Part shown: piece by piece, positions 61,255 to 64,000 of the stretch
Layout: each line of letters starts with the position of its first letter
Numbering within the stretch: position 1 is the first letter of the stretch
NCBI GenBank assembly: GCA_002269645.1
Contig: NIVC01000252.1
Span: forward strand, 22,789-86,788
Source: Macrostomum lignano
Taxonomy: Eukaryota
Length of the DNA: 64,000 bases
Direction: 5' to 3'
The notes under the pieces: generated by a model
Seen by the model: the letters and a program-made list of their open reading frames with translations, nothing else
Database searches by the model: none
Told to the model about the DNA's origin: nothing
Position numbers and translations under genes: made by a program

Positions 61255-61486
61255 GAGTTTTTCTACTATGCTGGCTTCCATTCTTCATCACCAACCTGAT
61301 GTGGGCCGCCTGCTTAAAGAATTTCGACCATCAGGAGTCGCTGGCATCATCTGCCAATACGACAGGCGCATCAACGTGTTCATAGTGTGGCTGGGCTACG
61401 TGAACAGCTTCCTTAATCCGGTAATTTACACCATATTCAATAACGAATTTCGAAAAGCTTTCAAGAAGCTGCTGCACATTCAGTGA
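61255..61486 (+). CDS. Dop2R: D2-like dopamine receptor, last exon (TM6-ECL3-TM7-helix 8), one-base frameshift in ECL3 as assembled
   Basis: Acceptor ccccag. Frame A: [20 protein letters not shown]... stops at 61383-61385. Frame B: ...[46 protein letters not shown] to 61486. Confidence 0.85.
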
Positions 61487-61638
61487 CTGCCCGTGAGGGG
61501 CGACACCCGACATGACTTGAACAGCATCAGCCATGGAGGTATTGTAGTATATATTTTAGTGTACTTTATACTGCTGTTATGCACCTTTATACAATACCAA
61601 ATTGTACCTTACAGTGAGCATATCCGCCTATGTTATTA

Positions 61639-61644
61639 AATAAA
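61639..61644 (+). promoter_or_regulatory. Probable polyadenylation signal of the dopamine receptor gene
   Basis: AATAAA about 150 nt after the stop codon. Confidence 0.5.
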
Positions 61645-61664
61645 TCAATATTTGGTCTCATTCT

Positions 61665-63150
61665 GACTGTCTCACCCCCTGACTGTCTCACCCCCTGACT
61701 ACCTCACCCCCTGACTATCTCACCCCTGACTGTCTCACCCCCTGACTGTCTCACCCCCTGACTATCTCACCCCCTGACTGTCTCACCCCCTGACTGTCTC
61801 ACCCACTGACTATCTCACCCCCTGACTGTCTCACCCCCTGACTATCTCACCCCCTGACTATCTCACCCCCTGACTATCTCACCCCCTGACAGTATTACCC
61901 CTGACTGTCTCACCCCCTGACTGTCTCACCCCCTGAATGTCTCACCCCTGACTGTCTCACCCCCTGACTGTCTCACCCCCTGACTGTCTCACCCCCTGAC
62001 TGTCTCACCCCTGACTGTCTCACCCTGACTATCTCACCCCCTGACTGTCTCACCCCCTGACTGTCTTACCCCTGACTGTCTCACCCCCTGACTGTCTTAC
62101 CCCTGACTATCTCACCCCTGACCGTCTCACCCCTGACTGTCTCACCCCCTGACTGTCTCACCTCCTGACTGTCTTACCCCCTGAATGTCTCACCCCCTGA
62201 CCGTCTCACCCCTGACTATCTCACCCCGTGACTGTCTAACCCATGACTGTCTCACCACCTGACTGTCTCACCCCCTGACTGTTTCACCCCCTGACTGTCT
62301 CACCCCTGACTATCTCACCCCTGAATGTCTCACCCCCTGAATGTCTCACCCCCTGAATGTCTCACCCCCTGACTGTCTCACCCCCTGACTGTCTCACCCC
62401 GTGGCTGTCTACCCCATGACTGTCTCACACCTGACTGTCTCACCCCTGACTGTTTCACCCCCTGACTGTCTCACCCCCTGACTATCTCACCCCTGACTAT
62501 CTCACCCCGACTATCTCACCCCTGACTATCTCACCCCCTGACTGTCTTACCCCTGACTGTCTCACCCCCTGACTGTCTTACCCTGACTGTCTCACCCCCT
62601 GACTATCTCACCCTGACTATCTCACCCCCTGACTGTCTCACCCCTGACTGTCTCACTCCCTGACTGTCTTACCCCTGACTGTCTCACTCCCTGACTGTCT
62701 CACCCCCTGACTGTCTCACCCCTGACTTTCTTACCCTGACTATCTCACCCCTGACTGTCTCACCCCTGACTATCTCACCCCTGACGTCTCACCCCTGACT
62801 GTCCACCCCTGACTGTCTCACCCCCTGACTGTCTCATCCCTGACTATCTCACCCTGACTGTCTCACCCCCTGACTATCTCACCCCTGAATGTCTCACCCC
62901 CTGAATGTCTCAACCCCTGAATGTCTCAACCCTGGATGTCTCAACCCCTGGATGTCTCACCCCCTGAATGTCTCAACCCCTGAATGTCTCAACCCCTGGA
63001 TGTCTCAACCCCTGACTGTCTCACTCACCCCCTGAATGCCTCACCCCCTGAATGTCTCAACCCCTGAATGTCTCAACCCCTGATGTCTCACACCCTGAAT
63101 GCCTAACCCCTGAATGCCTCACCCCCTGACTGTCTCACCACCTGACCGTC
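61665..63150. repeat. Minisatellite, 16-17-bp unit CCCCCTGACTGTCTCA
   Basis: Dozens of near-tandem copies. Confidence 0.96.
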
Positions 63151-63569
63151 TTGTACTCTATACCGTTATGCATCTTTATGAATCGCAGATTAATGAGCAT
63201 ATCTATCTAAGATAAGAAATATTAGTTTAAAAAATCTCCTGATTTTTCCCATATTTATGCAAAGCCTACAAGCTGTGTAAATATTATTATTATTAGCTGC
63301 ATGAATTATTGTTATTGATAATCCATAAATGGAAACCAATGCAATATTTTGTTATTGTTTTTGCTTCTAAAATAATCAACTTTACATAATACATGTTTTG
63401 TTTGTTCCGATGTCAAACAGCAAGGTTATATATTGATATAATGTAACTAATTGTAATTGGCTTTGCTTCAGCACGTCGATTTATGATTGCAAATTTTTAT
63501 GATTTCAGTAGCGTCTTGCCACATGTTGTGACAGTCTTTTTCTTTTGAATTTTCTAGAGCAGCAAAGCT

Positions 63570-64000
63570 CATGATGCTCAAATACGAGTCTGTCAGCTGC
63601 TCAAATATGAGTCTGTCAGCTGCTCAATATTAGCTCTGTCAGTGCTCAATATGAGTCTGTAGCTGCTCAAATATGAGTCTGTAGCTGCTCAAATACGAGT
63701 CTGTAGCTGCTCAAAATATGAGTCTGTAGCTCTCCAAATACGAGTCTGTAGCTGCTCAAATATGAGTCTGTAGCTACTCAAATACGAGTCTGTAGCTGCT
63801 CAAATATGAGTCTGTAGCTACCAAATACGAGTCTGTAGCTGCTCAAATACGAGTCTGTAGCTGCTCAAATACGAGTCTGTAGCTACCTCAAATACGAGTC
63901 TGTAGCTGCTCAAATACGAGTCTGTAGCTGCCAAATACGAGTCTGTAGCTGCTCAAATACGAGTCTGTAGATGCTCAAATACGAGTCTGTAGCTGCTCAA
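63570..64000. repeat. Minisatellite, ~23-bp unit CAAATACGAGTCTGTAGCTGCT, running off the window end
   Basis: Direct tandem copies. Confidence 0.94.

Overview
Eukaryotic (metazoan) genomic DNA, very rich in repeats. The invertebrate-type D2 receptor, GC-rich exons and dense minisatellites would fit a flatworm such as Macrostomum, but that is inference only. Four spliced host genes lie on the + strand: the last two exons of a nicotinic acetylcholine receptor-like Cys-loop subunit (1327-2740), a 5-exon amnionless homologue (20406-23376), a 2-exon OPA3 (24530-37432) and a 4-exon D2-like dopamine receptor (49283-61486) with one apparent frameshift. Mobile elements: a young Gypsy LTR retrotransposon with apparently identical LTRs (4684-13401); a 2.6-kb LTR element with one intact Gag-protease-integrase ORF but no RT/RNase H (16193-18794); a decayed Gypsy on the minus strand (25404-33414) nested in a ~600-bp MITE and itself carrying a second copy of that MITE; a hAT-type MITE; an internally deleted P element; and an LTR relic. 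The most unusual observation is an UNR/CSDE1-like cold-shock domain fused in frame between the Gag zinc knuckle and the protease of the young Gypsy element. From 37.5 kb onward the window is mostly tandem repeats, including a 4.4-kb (GATA/GACA)n array; the long ORFs there are artefacts. Coordinates, alignments and mismatch counts were done by eye; family assignments rest on recalled sequences, not database searches.
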